A stretch of DNA of 64,000 nucleotides, taken from contig NC_045702.1 in assembly GCF_009834535.1 (NCBI RefSeq), positions 80,848,001-80,912,000 on the forward strand, written 5' to 3'. The notes beneath the pieces are model-generated. The model made no database searches. It had not been told where the DNA came from and was given only the letters and a program-made list of their open reading frames with translations. The DNA is from Camelus ferus. Its lineage: Eukaryota. Every line of letters starts with the position of its first letter. Position 1 is the first letter of the stretch. Made by a program: the position numbers and the translations under genes. Positions 1 through 13,000 of the stretch are shown here, piece by piece.

Positions 1-2149
1 TATCCTCATGGACTATTGAGGCATATGGGGTTGTTTGTCCTTTTTCTATAATCTTTGAATTAGTGTCTTTTTTTTATAGCATGCTGTTTTTACTTTATTG
101 CTTCAAATAGTCCTGTGTTCTCACTTAAGATTTGTTTCTTCTTATCTACTGTAGGTTCAAAAACAACATCAGTATAGTGATCAGAATTGTTAATAAAATC
201 AAGGTAGATTTGTTCTAAATGATTAGCAACCCTGATGGGGAAAATCTGTGAGTTTTAGTGACATCACTCTTGGCTGCACAGCTACTTTTTTGCCTGCTTT
301 TTGTCTGTGTTCCAAGCAGTTGAGTTTGTAGGATAGTTGACCTCTAGATAAGTAAAGTGTTTTTGTAATTCCATTTGAAAATTAGTGTGGAAAATTAAGG
401 TGTGCACCCCTATGGAGAAATCTGAGGTTAAGTAATTCATTCCTGAAGCTGTGCAGTCATAAAGATTCACATACCGGGCTCAGAACTAGTATTAACCAAT
501 CAAATTGCTCCCAGAGGGGTGCTCACTTCCGAGGTCAACTCTTAAAACACTCCACATAGCCATCGCAGGCTTCCAAATACTTGCGTGGTGAATGGACAGA
601 GAAACAGGAAATCAGAGTGAAAATGGATGCTATAAATCTGTTCCGTACAGAAATGTGTTGAACAACTTTTAGTGAAGGAAAATGCACTACATTTTAGGGT
701 TTTAGGACTCCTCAATATTGCTTAATTCATCTGGGAAACCAAATCTTTCTTTTGTTACACTTCTTCTTTTCCCTAATTGAAGACTCACCCAAATTGTGTA
801 AAGCTTGGGATTATTTCAGGGTTTTGAAAGTCAGTCTTCCTTCCCTTTATCAAAGGTTATAAAACTATCGTTCAACAAGTCACAGGGAAGATAAGCAATT
901 CAATAAAGCAGACTTAACTTACCCAGTGAAAACCCAAACATTAGGAATGTCAAAAGAATGCCTTCAAAAGTAGCAGGCAAAACAAAAACTAAAAGACTTG
1001 CTCTAGTTTACAGAAAAGAGAACTCAATAGATATAACAATATATTACATATTATAAATATTATATATATATTATAAATATTGGATGAAGTTAAGTAAAAT
1101 GATTCACAAATATTAGATTATTATACATTATTATATATAAATGTTGCCTTTTAGGAATAGTTGGTAAGCATTAACCCTAAAAGCTTCCCAGATACCAGTG
1201 TTCCAGGAAATTAATTTGTCATTTTCTCATCTTATTAGGGATGGAGAGACAGTTGATCATGTGGATTTTTGCTGTATTTTGGTTTTTAGATGCTCACATA
1301 GACCCTGTAGGTTGAAAGACCCTGTCTCACCTGAATGCAATTACATTTCCTAACAGAATTGTTTCTGGTGCTGATGGTATTTTGAATACAGATTATAAAA
1401 CCTTGAAAAGACTTCTGGGTTTTGATTTTATGTTGGTTTTCCCCACAAATTTCATATTTTCAATCTACCCCAAATACTGCAACTGTGAAATATGATGACT
1501 AAGGCATTTTGGGAAAAAAAAAAACACATAATTTTGTCTTGAACATCAAGATATAACCTATCTTGAATTTCCATGGTCATTACTGGTCTCCCACTAGTTA
1601 ACATTCAGGAAAGAAGGGAGGAAGAGTTAAATAAAATGGTTCACATCTTTTTAATTGCAAAACAGCAGCAAAAACCTTTTAAATGGACCAAATGCGTGTT
1701 TTTGGAAAATGCATATTTCACAGTAATAATTAATGCTTATTTTTGGTAACTGCTTGCCATACCATGCAATTTCAACTGTGGTATTACTGGGGCTTGTTTC
1801 TGCACAGAAGAGATAGCAAAAACAAATTTAAAAAAACAAACCAAAAAACTTATATTTGAGAGGCATAAGAGTTGCCTGAATATCTCTGAAGGTTTTGAAA
1901 ATAACCCTGCTTTACTATCTGTAACCATTAATGTAGCTTGTACTAAAAGGAGGTGGTTTTAAGGGCCAGCAGACACTAATGAGCTCTGCTCATAATGAGT
2001 AGGGTGTCCTTGGTCCAGTTACATACACTGACTCTCGAGTAAATGTATTTTATTTCTGGACTCAGCCGCTGACTTATACCTGAGATCTTTGGCAGGACAT
2101 GGAGTCCCGTTTCACAAGCATTCTCAGTTGACAATATAAGAGTTATATC

Positions 2150-2400
2150 TCTATGCTAAGAGTTCCTGTGCATTGCATGCTCTGTCAGACACTAGATCAG
2201 GTGCCTAACAGACACTATTTTAAAAATATTCTTTCATCTTGAAAGATAGTACTATTCTCCCTGTTACACAGATTTGAAAACTAAGGTTCATTCAGACTGA
2301 CTGAGGACGTGTTTAAGGTCACGCAGCTGGTGAGAGGCAGGACCAGTGTTCCAACTGACGTGAGTCTGATTCTGTGATCACTGCACTGTACCACGCTTTG
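2150..2400 (-). mobile_element. MIR SINE fragment
   Basis: Degenerate reverse-complement MIR core (ccctgttacacagat...aaactaagg...aaggtcacgcagctggtgagaggcaggacc); approximate ends. Confidence 0.65.
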
Positions 2401-2734
2401 CTTTACGTCTCCAGCTCTGAGAATCTGGTCTGATTTTAGACGGATGCACTTTATGCCTTTTAGAGGGCAAGGCCAAGCCCACCTGTCTCTGGCTGAAGTG
2501 TAAAATGTGGGTGGATTCTTTCTCATGGACGTATGAATAAGTGAGTAGACGTGCAAATTCCAAATTCCTTTAAAGAAGCAGCAACATAGGGTCAAGACCT
2601 CATAGAGTGTCAGAGGGAGGTGCTCGATGTGTATTTTGAATACAGATGAGGCTTTCAGAAATGGTTCAGCTTCTGGGAATTGTTATTGCATTTCTTGTCC
2701 AGTTTCTCAAGTTTCTGTTCTAAGGACTCTATAC

Positions 2735-2943
2735 AGATTTGCAAAGGTTAACCACTGTATTTAAAAACAGATAAAAAAAATTTCTTCTGTATAGCATAGG
2801 GAACTATATTCCATATCTTATAATAACCTTTAATGAAAAAGAATATGAAAACGAATATATATATATGCATGGCTGGGACACTGTGCTGTACACTGGAAAT
2901 TGACACATTGTAACTGACTATACTTCAATTGAAAAAAAAAAAA
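2735..2943 (+). mobile_element. Young artiodactyl/camelid L1 3' end, 5'-truncated
   Basis: tttcttctgtatagcatagggaactatatt...ctgggacactgtgctgtacactggaaattgacacattgtaactgactatacttcaatt followed by poly(A); closely matches the copy at 43253-43574. Confidence 0.9.
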
Positions 2944-4542
2944 CTTTTAAAAGACCATATCGTTGAAGTATATTGTCCCTCAGTGCCAACTATTCTCCTG
3001 ACCAGGCACCTGAGCCCCGCACATCAGGAACCTTTGCCAGTCTCCAGCCGGGCCATATGGCAGTTTGCAGGGAGGTGCTCAGGGGTGCCTTCATCCCACA
3101 CTGAAAGTCAGCTGGGGAATCCAGGTGTCTGAGTGCTAAACAAGTCAGTCCAAAACAACTCTTACAGTCTATGCTCAGAATCTGCTATTGATGCACATTG
3201 GGGCCTTTTCATCAGTTTTTCCTTTCCACTATGCCTCAGTTTCTCAATTATCAAAATAAGGAAAAGAGACAAAAAGCACATATATTCTGAAGGGAGAATT
3301 TCACCTTAGATTGAAAGAATTTTTGAGTTTTTTCAGGACTCAAGCCCAAGTTTATTACATCATTACTTTTTTTTCCCCATTTTTATGGTTATTTCTCTTT
3401 AACTGGCATATGGTTCTTTCAGATTGTGAGAAAAACCCTATGTCATATTCTTCTGGAAGTTTCAGTTAGTAATTAGTTACTGTTACTTTTCAGAGCCTAG
3501 AGGCAACATTTCATATCAATGTTATTTTCTATATATTATTTTAAAGTGTCAGCACCTCTCTCTGAGAGGGATATTTAAAGCTGAAAAATTTTGCGCTTGG
3601 CTCAGAAATGCAGTGTGCTAAATCAAATGCTTGCCTGTACATTAAAGGTGTAAACTCAAATTGGCCAGGACCTAGCATGCTGGCTCCTTTTTTGTCCCAT
3701 GTACATGGCGGACGTTGCTAATCAACCCTGGGCTCTGTCCCACCACACATAGAGGCCATTTGGCTTTAAAGAACACTTCCTGGCACAGGGCTCAAACCAT
3801 CATTTGGAGCTGACTCGCAGGATAAAATCAATTTGCCATTGGTGGAACAATGCACCATGTAATAAACACCCAAACATGGACTTTTCTCCTCGGGGAGCAC
3901 TTGGAAACCTTAATGAAAAGATACCTCACAGTGGAATAGTGAACCATGGAGGAAGCCCTAAAATTCTTAGAAGTTCTATCATGATGTAACGGGGACCTCA
4001 TCTATGGAAAATACTTTGTGAAGAAATGAAATTTTGAGTTAAAAATCTCACTACCAGAGGTGAAGATGAGAAAGAATTTGCTTTTCCTCTGTAGATGGCT
4101 TTATGTTGTACTTCGTCTGGAGGGACTGCTCAGATCCATGTTCACCAAACCCTGACAGCACTCACAGTCTGCGCCCGGACCCAGACGTTCGTCTCTAGGG
4201 ATGGTCCCTGCTTACTTTTTTTCTCCTTAGCTTGAACACAAAGGCATCAGAGGGGGCACTGTTATGTTTTCCATGGACATCAGGCTTACTCCTTAGGAAG
4301 CAGTAAAGTAACGCATTCTTGTTAACTTAAGTGTTAGAGTAAAAAGACAGACATCAGATCCCAACAGAATCACTATATTCCTGTTTATGTCTCCTTGGTG
4401 AGATTTCTCTGTGTATCAGCTGGCTTTGTTTTGGTCATCTTTTAATCGCAGTACGAGTAGTACTGAGTGTCAGCGACACTGCATGTGAACTTGAGAGGCA
4501 GAATGACGGAACTGCGTGAAGTCCCCTAAAGGACCAGGAGCT

Positions 4543-4556
4543 GCAGTAGGGGGCAC
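4543..4556 (+). promoter_or_regulatory. CTCF-like core motif
   Basis: gcagtagggggcac matches CCASYAGRKGGCRS at 13/14 positions, in a locally GC/CpG-rich patch; motif only. Confidence 0.45.
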
Positions 4557-6059
4557 CCTCTTCCAGGCCTCCTGCCGTCGCTGTGGGCTTGAGGGGAGCT
4601 GTGCGTGTGCCTGGTGCTGGAGGCAACAGTTGGACTACCTCAGAAGGTCTTTAATCATTTCCTTGGGGGCCTTTGTTCTTCTCAAGGCTCTTTTGGTTAC
4701 AAGAAACAGACATGCACTTAAGTTGCCTCACGTGAAGCAAGATTTATTGAACTTTTGTATGTGGGGGAGGCTGAATGACCAGCTTCAGCGAGGGCAAGAG
4801 CTGAGCTGCACTGCCCTCCCAGCTCCGTCTCTCTGAATCAAAGTGCCCTGCCTCACTGTCCTGTGCCTTTCCCACCTGGCTTCCTCTGTGCATCCATCCT
4901 CACTCCCTGCTCATAAATCCAACAGGCACTTGGCCGATTATGGCCACCCCAGCTCTGCCTGTTGGAAGCCCCCCTAACTAGCCCAGTGACTTAGCTCCCC
5001 ACTTCTCAAGACGGCTTCAGCACCGCTTATCTTTTCAAGCCTACCCACTGATCATAACGTCACGCAGACTGAGACCCTGGGGTTCGCTGCTCCTGAGTTG
5101 GTCCATTGGTTTAATCAGCTGTGGCCAGAGGTTGCAAGATTAGACTATACACATCACAGCCGCATCTTCAGCCTCTGCCGTAGACCTGCGCTTCCAGCCC
5201 CTTCGGAGGTAGGAGGGGATGATGACCAAGTCTGGAATCAGAATCGTGAGGATCAGCAGGATTTGCCTGGGGAACAGTGTCACAGTGCAAGAGCCTCTTC
5301 CAGAGCTGACTCCGGAGAGTTGACAATAGATTTAAAGTTATGTTCAGAAATTTGACCATGACATTGAGACCATATGAAATTAACATGCATCTCCCCCCCC
5401 CCTTTTTTTTTTTCTGATGGAGGTAGAATCCTTTCAGAAGCACTCATTTTTTCTCTAAGTCTCGCCATTGGCTCATTTCATAATGTAATGATCGAGGAAT
5501 GCTCTCTGTCACCCAAGGGTGAGGGGAGACCACAAAGAAAGGAGTCTACATTCTGCTGTGCACTCTGTCAATGAGCAGAAAATAATCAGAGTGTATCAAA
5601 GTCTTGGAGGCTGGGGAAGATGGGTTAGTATTATGGACCTGCTCGGTCCAAAGCTTATGCTTTTCTTACCTTGACCTTTCTCATTAATGACACGTGATGT
5701 TAGTAGTCACTAGGGAACAGACTTGAGAACTTTGAAGCACTTTTTTTTTTTTTTTTTTTTGATAAGAACTTCTTCCCATGGTAGGTAAGTTGAGGCTGAG
5801 AGTCTTGGATAAGGAAGAGATTTTCCACTCCATTGTTATTATCTGGATGGCTTTTACCAAGGGCAAGTCAAACTATGATTACAGACCATTTATCCAGCCC
5901 CTTTGGCCTCCTTCCAGCCTCCTAAGAAATGTTAACATGGACATAGACCAGCACTCCCACCCCCCACCTTGTGAAGAGGAGGTAGATAGCACTGTGAGCA
6001 CTGTCCTTGGAGAAATAGATCAGGCAGGATGGCTCAGGGGCCTGAGATCCTGCTGGGTC

Positions 6060-6220
6060 CTGCTGGTTCTGTCCTTGCCCTTGAAAACGTGACCCTACCT
6101 CTTTCCAGGTCTCAGTTTCCTCATCTGCAGAATGGGAATCCGTTCCTCTCCATGACCTCTAAGGACCACTGTGCAGTTTTGCTTGTTAATGACGCTAAGA
6201 ATGCTTGGAACTTATAAATA
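6060..6220 (+). mobile_element. MIR SINE fragment
   Basis: gtgaccctacctctttccaggtctcagtttcctcatctgcagaatggga is the MIR core. Confidence 0.7.
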
Positions 6221-7565
6221 TTTCCTAAGAGGAGCTGGTATCTTTCCTCTTGCTATAAGATTGGAGGGAGTATGCAGCATCTCTTCTGCTCATCTGTAAT
6301 TTAGTCAGCTTGTGTACAGACTGCATTGCATTAAACGCTGAACTCCGATCCTAGTGTTTAAACATATTAAATACAAAATATGAGTAGTATAAATTGTGTG
6401 AAACACTTTGGTCTCCGACTTGGAGGCCTAACAGGACTGTGATGCTGGGTCACCGCAAACATTATACAGACGCTGCTGAGAGTAAGTGGAAGTCTTTTAG
6501 TCGGTGGCTGGAAAACAGTCTTACAGCAAAAGTACTGGAAGCCCATCACTGAGGGATTTATAAGTGGGCCAGGGAAAATTGAGGGGAACCAGTCTGCACT
6601 GCTCATGGGTGGGCAAGGACTGGAGGTATTTGTTTATTTTATTTGCACATTAACTTTTATAATGCTATTCCTCTAAAGAGCACACAAAAAGCTTTACAGA
6701 TAACAGACTCCAAGTTTTAAACTCTTCATCCCTCAACAGCTTTGCAAGGGTTTGCTGCCGTAATTAATCAAAAAGAACATCCACCCATTTCTCCCTTTAG
6801 AAAAATAAAACTTTAAGACAAGGTAGCTTTCCATCAGTGTTTAGGGATAGAGGACACCACTGCACGTCTTTTATTTCTGAGCTCCTGGTTCAGGGTTTTC
6901 ATTAATAAAAGTGCAACGGGTTTCAAGTGATGGATGAGTTAGGAGGAGGGCACGGCCAGAGGGGAAGCACAGGGAAGCCTTGAGGAGGGTTCTCAGCTCC
7001 CATGGTTGAGTTGGAACACTCGTGGTTTTTCGTCATCCGCAGATTCCTTACATTATGCATTTTTCTTCCTCCCTTTTTTCTAGAAGAAGTGGTCATTTGA
7101 CGCTCTGCTTTGCTCTTAACGTTTGAGTAGTGACTCTTAGCCTCTACATCACTATGATTATATTTCTCCAGTGTCACGCTGGGTAGGAATCTGGCACCAA
7201 TTGAATGTTGGTGGCCTTAAAGAAAGGTGAAGCTCTTTGACCTTTTTCCTTTTTACATCATGCTGTTTTGTGTTTTGGCCTGGCCTGTATTTTTTATTTT
7301 TTCTCTAATAACCTGAGGTCTTTAATATTTTCCTCTGGGGCAAAGCCCAGGGCAAAAAAAGGAGCTCTGTGAAGAGTGGTAGAAACTGTTGACAAGGAAA
7401 GTTTGAAAACTGTACCCTTTTTGGGTACAGGTTTCAAAAACCGTAAGCTGACACAGAGAAACCTCATGAGCCACACGTATCTCTTGATCCCTCTGTCCTG
7501 GAGAAGAAGGGAGAGATTTATGGAATCCACAGGGGCTGGGGCCATATAACCCAGTTTGAGCTTAG

Positions 7566-7796
7566 NNNNNNNNNNNNNNNNNNNNNNNNNNNNNNNNNNN
7601 NNNNNNNNNNNNNNNNNNNNNNNNNNNNNNNNNNNNNNNNNNNNNNNNNNNNNNNNNNNNNNNNNNNNNNNNNNNNNNNNNNNNNNNNNNNNNNNNNNNN
7701 NNNNNNNNNNNNNNNNNNNNNNNNNNNNNNNNNNNNNNNNNNNNNNNNNNNNNNNNNNNNNNNNNNNNNNNNNNNNNNNNNNNNNNNNNNNNNNNN
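7566..7796. other. Assembly gap or masked run (231 N)
   Basis: N run seen directly. Confidence 0.98.
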
Positions 7797-8429
7797 ATTT
7801 AAAAACACCAACATTGAAAAGTTTTCAGCATTTTGAGGAAACAGTCTTAGGGATCGGCCTGAAGTTCCTTAACGTCTAAAGAATTACATTATAAATCTTC
7901 AAAATGGAAGCAGAGAAATATTTCCCGTGATGAAGTTCACCAAGAGGAAAAATAAGCACAATGTCACAATTTTATCCTTCCGCATTCTTCAGGCACTAGG
8001 GCCCTCCCGCTGATGAGTTTGTTACTTATTTTTGGTGTCACATGGACCTTTGAAGAGAGCTCGTCTCGGTCTTCCTTCTCTGAGTATAGTTTCCTTCTCC
8101 TTGAAGTCGGTATCAGCTCGCCACCGTTTCTCTTTAGCTACGCACAGAATGTAGCAGCGTTGTTTATATGCACCCAGGATAGTTCTTCTCAAGGCTCTCT
8201 GATTATCTGCATATTCTTAGCCTTGGGCTTCTGACCATGCATTTCCATCCTACGTTCCCTTGAAATTAAAAGGCCCTCACGAGAATGGATAACCTTTTCT
8301 CCTGAATAAAATGATAGCCATGTTATTATCATAAAACTTAGGTAACAACTGAAACTTCAGGCTCAGGAAAAATGCAGCCTTTCACCAGCACTAGGGAATG
8401 AGCAAAGACTAAGGGACAAACTCTAACAA

Positions 8430-8580
8430 AAGGTTCTGGTACAGGAGATATATACATACACATATCCATATTCATATCCATATGCATATACATACCTATA
8501 CACATACACACAGGTGCATTACATGTACATGTAACATACACATGCTTATTCATATACACACATTGGTACACACAGATACG
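8430..8580. repeat. Degenerate (CATA/TACA)-type microsatellite
   Basis: atatacatacacatatccatattcatatccatatgcatatacatacc... Confidence 0.75.
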
Positions 8581-8679
8581 TGTTTCGATCTTTCCTAGCA
8601 AGACATTAGAGCTTTGTCTAAAACTCAATTTTTAGATTATGTAATAATATTCAAGCTTTTGCGTAATTGATATAATGAG

Positions 8680-8860
8680 GTTTATGCCTCCCGAAAAAGT
8701 ATGTCTATAAAGAAATACATCAAAATATTAATAATAAAGTTATGATGTTAAGGATAACCATTCTTTCTGGGTGGCACGATTATGGGTGATTTTTCACTTC
8801 TTTATTTTATTTGATATTTTTTCTAAATTTTTACAGTATTACTTTAATATTTAGAATAAA
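8680..8860 (+). mobile_element. Old L1 (L1ME-like) 3' fragment
   Basis: gaaatacatcaaaatattaat...ctgggtggcacgattatgggtgatttttcacttc...tttttacagtattactttaat resembles L1ME 3' UTR. Confidence 0.55.
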
Positions 8861-9670
8861 CATTTGCAGAAAAACACAAGAAAATGGCATATACTTATTT
8901 TTTAGAAGTATAGTATAAATAAATAGAATATTATTTTTCCTAGAAAGCTTAAAGTCTTTTTTTTTTCTCAATACACATTATCAGGGCTTTACATAGTGGC
9001 ACTGTATCCTTTATATCCTCATTTTTATTTTTTATATCTATACTTCTTAAATGGGCTTGGCCAAATCATCAATAACTTCTCAGTCTCCAGTTTTCTCATA
9101 CTTTTATTGCCAATATAAGTATTTTTGCTTTCTTTCCTTTCTTTTCACTTTCAGACTGTTTATTAAGACAAGCATATGCACAAATTTTCAGATATCCTTA
9201 CCAGTGTATTTTGGTTATTGCCTGTGGTCTGTGACATAATGAAGCCAAGTAGTGAATACATGGGGTTGGTAAATTCCCTTCTTTTCCTGTCTCAGACAAA
9301 ATCTTTAGTTTCCTGCAGTCACCAAATTTTGATCTCTGCCTTTAATTTCAAGCTAAGGACAAGAAAAAGTCTAGATAAGTTTGAGAGCAGCATGTATTTG
9401 GATTGGCACACAGATTCACTGAGTCTGAAAATAATAAGAGAATCCAGAAAAAAAAAAATGTTGTCAAGGTTAAAAGTAGTGCCTTGGGCCTCACTCTTTG
9501 CTCCTTTCCAGAGTAAATCCATCTCCTGAAACTGCCACGTTCTTGTTTTGCAGAAGCAACAGGAAAATGGAAGAACACAGTTATTTCATGACGAAGATTC
9601 TTTTTATCCCATTAGCTTGGGATGTCCAACAAAGTCAAGAACTTTCACTCTACTCCTTTATTTAATCTTT

Positions 9671-10046
9671 TTTTTTTTTAATATTGAAGTATAGTTGATT
9701 TACATTGTTGTGTTAATTTCTGGTGTTGAGCATAGTGATTTAGTTTTATATATATTATATATAAATTCTTTTTCATTATAGGTTATTTTAAGTTATTGAA
9801 TATAGTTCCCTGGGCTATCCAGTAGGACCTTGTTGTTTATCTAGATAGTAGTTTGTACCGGCTAATCCTAAACTCCCAGTTTATCCCTCCCCCGCTTTCC
9901 CCTTTAGTAACTGTAAGTACTAAGTGAGTAAGTCAGACAGAGAAAGACAAATACCATATGATGTCACTTATATGTGGAACCTAAAAAAATGACACAAATG
10001 AACTTATTTACAAAACAGAAGGAAACTCACAGGCAAAAATAAACAA
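9671..10046 (-). mobile_element. 5'-inverted (twin-primed) L1 3' end with 16-bp TSD
   Basis: Minus-strand L1 3' end 9671-9917 joined to the adjacent upstream L1 segment on the plus strand 9918-10046; TSD cctttatttaatcttt (9655-9670) / cctttatgtaatcttt (10047-10062). Confidence 0.9.
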
Positions 10047-13000
10047 CCTTTATGTAATCTTTCTAAGCCCAGTTGCCTTTTCCTTCCCTACTGCGGGTTT
10101 GCGGGAAGGGGAGACAGTCGGCGAGAATGAGTGAGGAGACAACTTCCCAGGTGCGGTTCTTCGTACATGAGTGCCGTGTGGTTACCACGTTGCGGTGAGA
10201 TCCTGGGATTTGGGTGATTCTGTGCCAAGGAAGGTTCACCTTGATCATAGGTTTCTTCCTGGTATCAATGATTAGTCAGACCTCCAGCCAGAAGCTGGAA
10301 TGGAAATTATGTCTTTTGTTAGAAACTCCGGGTGAGGACAATATTCTGAATCTCGTCTTGTGGAGGCTCGCTGGTGCTAGGAAGAGGCCACCGGCCTCCC
10401 TGTTGGTGGAGTTTATTTTAGTCCTTGGGGCCTAGGGGGTAGTCACCCCCTCTTCATGGACTCCCATCTAGAATGAGATGGGCCTTTCAAGCCCTACAGG
10501 CTGGCTGGCTTTGACAGGGTCAGAAAGTCTTTCCTTGTCTGTGTGTTTAATGGTCTCTTTAGTTCCCCTTTGTTCTTTAAGATTGAGTAAAGAAACTTTT
10601 CAGAAAGTTTCAGCCAATTTCAGCCGAAACTAATGAACAAAACTAATGGGTCTGTGTTTATTTTAGGGCACCAAACAGAGAGGCAGTAAGGGGGACCCTG
10701 GAGGGGAGGCAGAATCAGAGAGGAGACTTGAAAATGTTTTTTCAGATGCCCCTTCCCAGTGGTAGGTTCTCTGTCCAGTGCTGACCTCTGAAGGCCCCCA
10801 CATCTTACTGAAGGAAGCAGCCCTTGGTGGATTATTGAGAAAAGGCACCAGTGTTGACATGGCTGTGACTGAAAGTCTGTATATTTAGGGTAGGATGCTG
10901 GATTTGTTCTCGCCTCTGAACTTTGCAGAGTTTTCTCAGTTATTCGATCCAGATTGTAATGGCATATTCACCCAGGAGATTTTATGTCCTGAAAAAATGG
11001 ATTCCTGCCTTTTAAACTCACATAAAACTAATTTGCACCAAAAAGCCAGTTAGACTCTGAGCGTGTAAAGGGCCATGGTATCTTTATTATTTTTGATTCC
11101 TCAGTGCTGAGCGTGGATGAGTGACTCAGTCAATGCTTGCTGAATGAAGACATATTAAATAATTGAGTGGGAAAAGCCTTTTACCTTGCCTGGATATTTC
11201 TATCCACGCCTTTTGTACCTTTGTCTAAAACCCTAGCACAGCAAGCTGGTACTCACAGGATGGCTTGAGCCTGGTTTCAGAGCAAATGAAGCAGGTAGTT
11301 TAGAGCAGTTGTGGGGGGAGAGTGACCTCAGAACTTTGTGAAAGATTATTTCTGCTCCACTCATCGGCCTATCTTTGTCATTATCCGAGACTTGAACTCC
11401 TCTGATGGTGCCTCCCTTGCACAGGACTAAGCATTCTTTTCATTCTCATTTTCAGTGTTTCAAGTGGACCATTGAGAACTGCTTAGGTCATCCTCTTCTC
11501 ATAGCTATTTCTAACACTTTCATACCATTAAAATCCTACGTTACTGGAGATTAAATTCAGAAGACTAGATGTGCTTGCTTCTGGGAGGAACTCTCATAGA
11601 CGATCCCTTATTAATACTCTGAGAATTCCTGATCTCATGGGCCAGAGAGCACCCTTTCTTTAACCTCTGTCTAGTTCATCTCTTCTGTAAAAAGGACTGA
11701 GGACAAAAACAAGTTTAAAACAATTACGAACGTAGTGCTAAGATGACTTAAACATTCTTTGATAATTATTGGAACCTCACTATTACATGTGATTAAAGTA
11801 TATGCAGGTATTACTCAGATTGTGTTCAAAATGGAAAGGACATTGAACTAGGAGTTAAAATCTGGCTTTTCTACTTATATGTTTTGTATCCTTGAGCAAA
11901 TAGCTTAGTTATGCAAAGCCTCCATTTCATCACTCTAAAATAAATAAAACGTTACTTATTGTCAGAAATAAATATTAACATGTATCTATCCATAGGATTC
12001 CATAAATGGAAGATAATATTGCATATTACATCCTAACAGCAAAACATTCTTGCAGAGACCAATTATAGGGGGACCTTCACATTTCTAATCATGGCCAGTA
12101 GCCTGGGGGGTTCAGCCTGACATTCTCCCCAGGTCTCCTGACGTGGATAAATTCTGCATTTTTGGTATACGTGTTATCAACTGAAAACTGTCTCTCAAAG
12201 TGAAGCAGAATGTGTACAAAATTGATATGAACTGTTTTGTCTATAAGGAAACATAAACTCCTTGATTTTCCATGGACAAGAGGGCTGTACTCAGACTGAC
12301 TTGGTCTGACTACCTGTTTCTCACTGATTCTTTAGGGAGAGGAACCGTGACTAAATTAGCTCAATGAAATGAATTCTGACCATCTGTCGGTCGTCCTGTA
12401 TCTAGTAACTCAATCCTCACAGTAGCTTCAGATATGTTAGTCACAAATCCCTTTTTAAAAGAAGTTTAGTCCCAGTTAGACAGTATACATTTGGTATTGA
12501 GATTTCTTTGCACCCAATTAGTAACCGAGAACTTGAGGTAGATCCAAGAAAAACCCTCCAAGGCTTGGTCACAATAGGTGGGCACTAATTATACGCATAG
12601 AAACACTTTTCCTTTTACTTATAGCACGCAGCACCATTTCCAAAGAAGCACATGAAGAAGAAGAAAAAAGTTAAGGCATAAAAAAATTTGCCTGCAGTCT
12701 CCTCTAAATTGATCAGTTTTAGAGTGAAAAAAAAATATGAGGGAACAGAGATTTCGCCACTGCATTACAATTTAGCAAAATCATTTCTTAGGCTTCTGTT
12801 TGCATTTTAGTTCAAAGAAAAATAATTTAGCTTAATTAATGCCTTGAATCCCTATAGGAAGTTAATAAGCGAAATATTGATTAAGGCTGGTAGGAAAACA
12901 CACAGCACAAAATTCTCACGTGTTCTTGTGAAATTTGAGCACGTTATCTCAGACAAGCTGTAATATACCGAGACCACAGTTCAAAAAGTAAATGATTACA

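Noticed and set aside
6420-6487. 47-nt exon candidate ending at aga|gtaagt
   Set aside because: Donor is good but the acceptor lacks a polypyrimidine tract; peptide unrecognised
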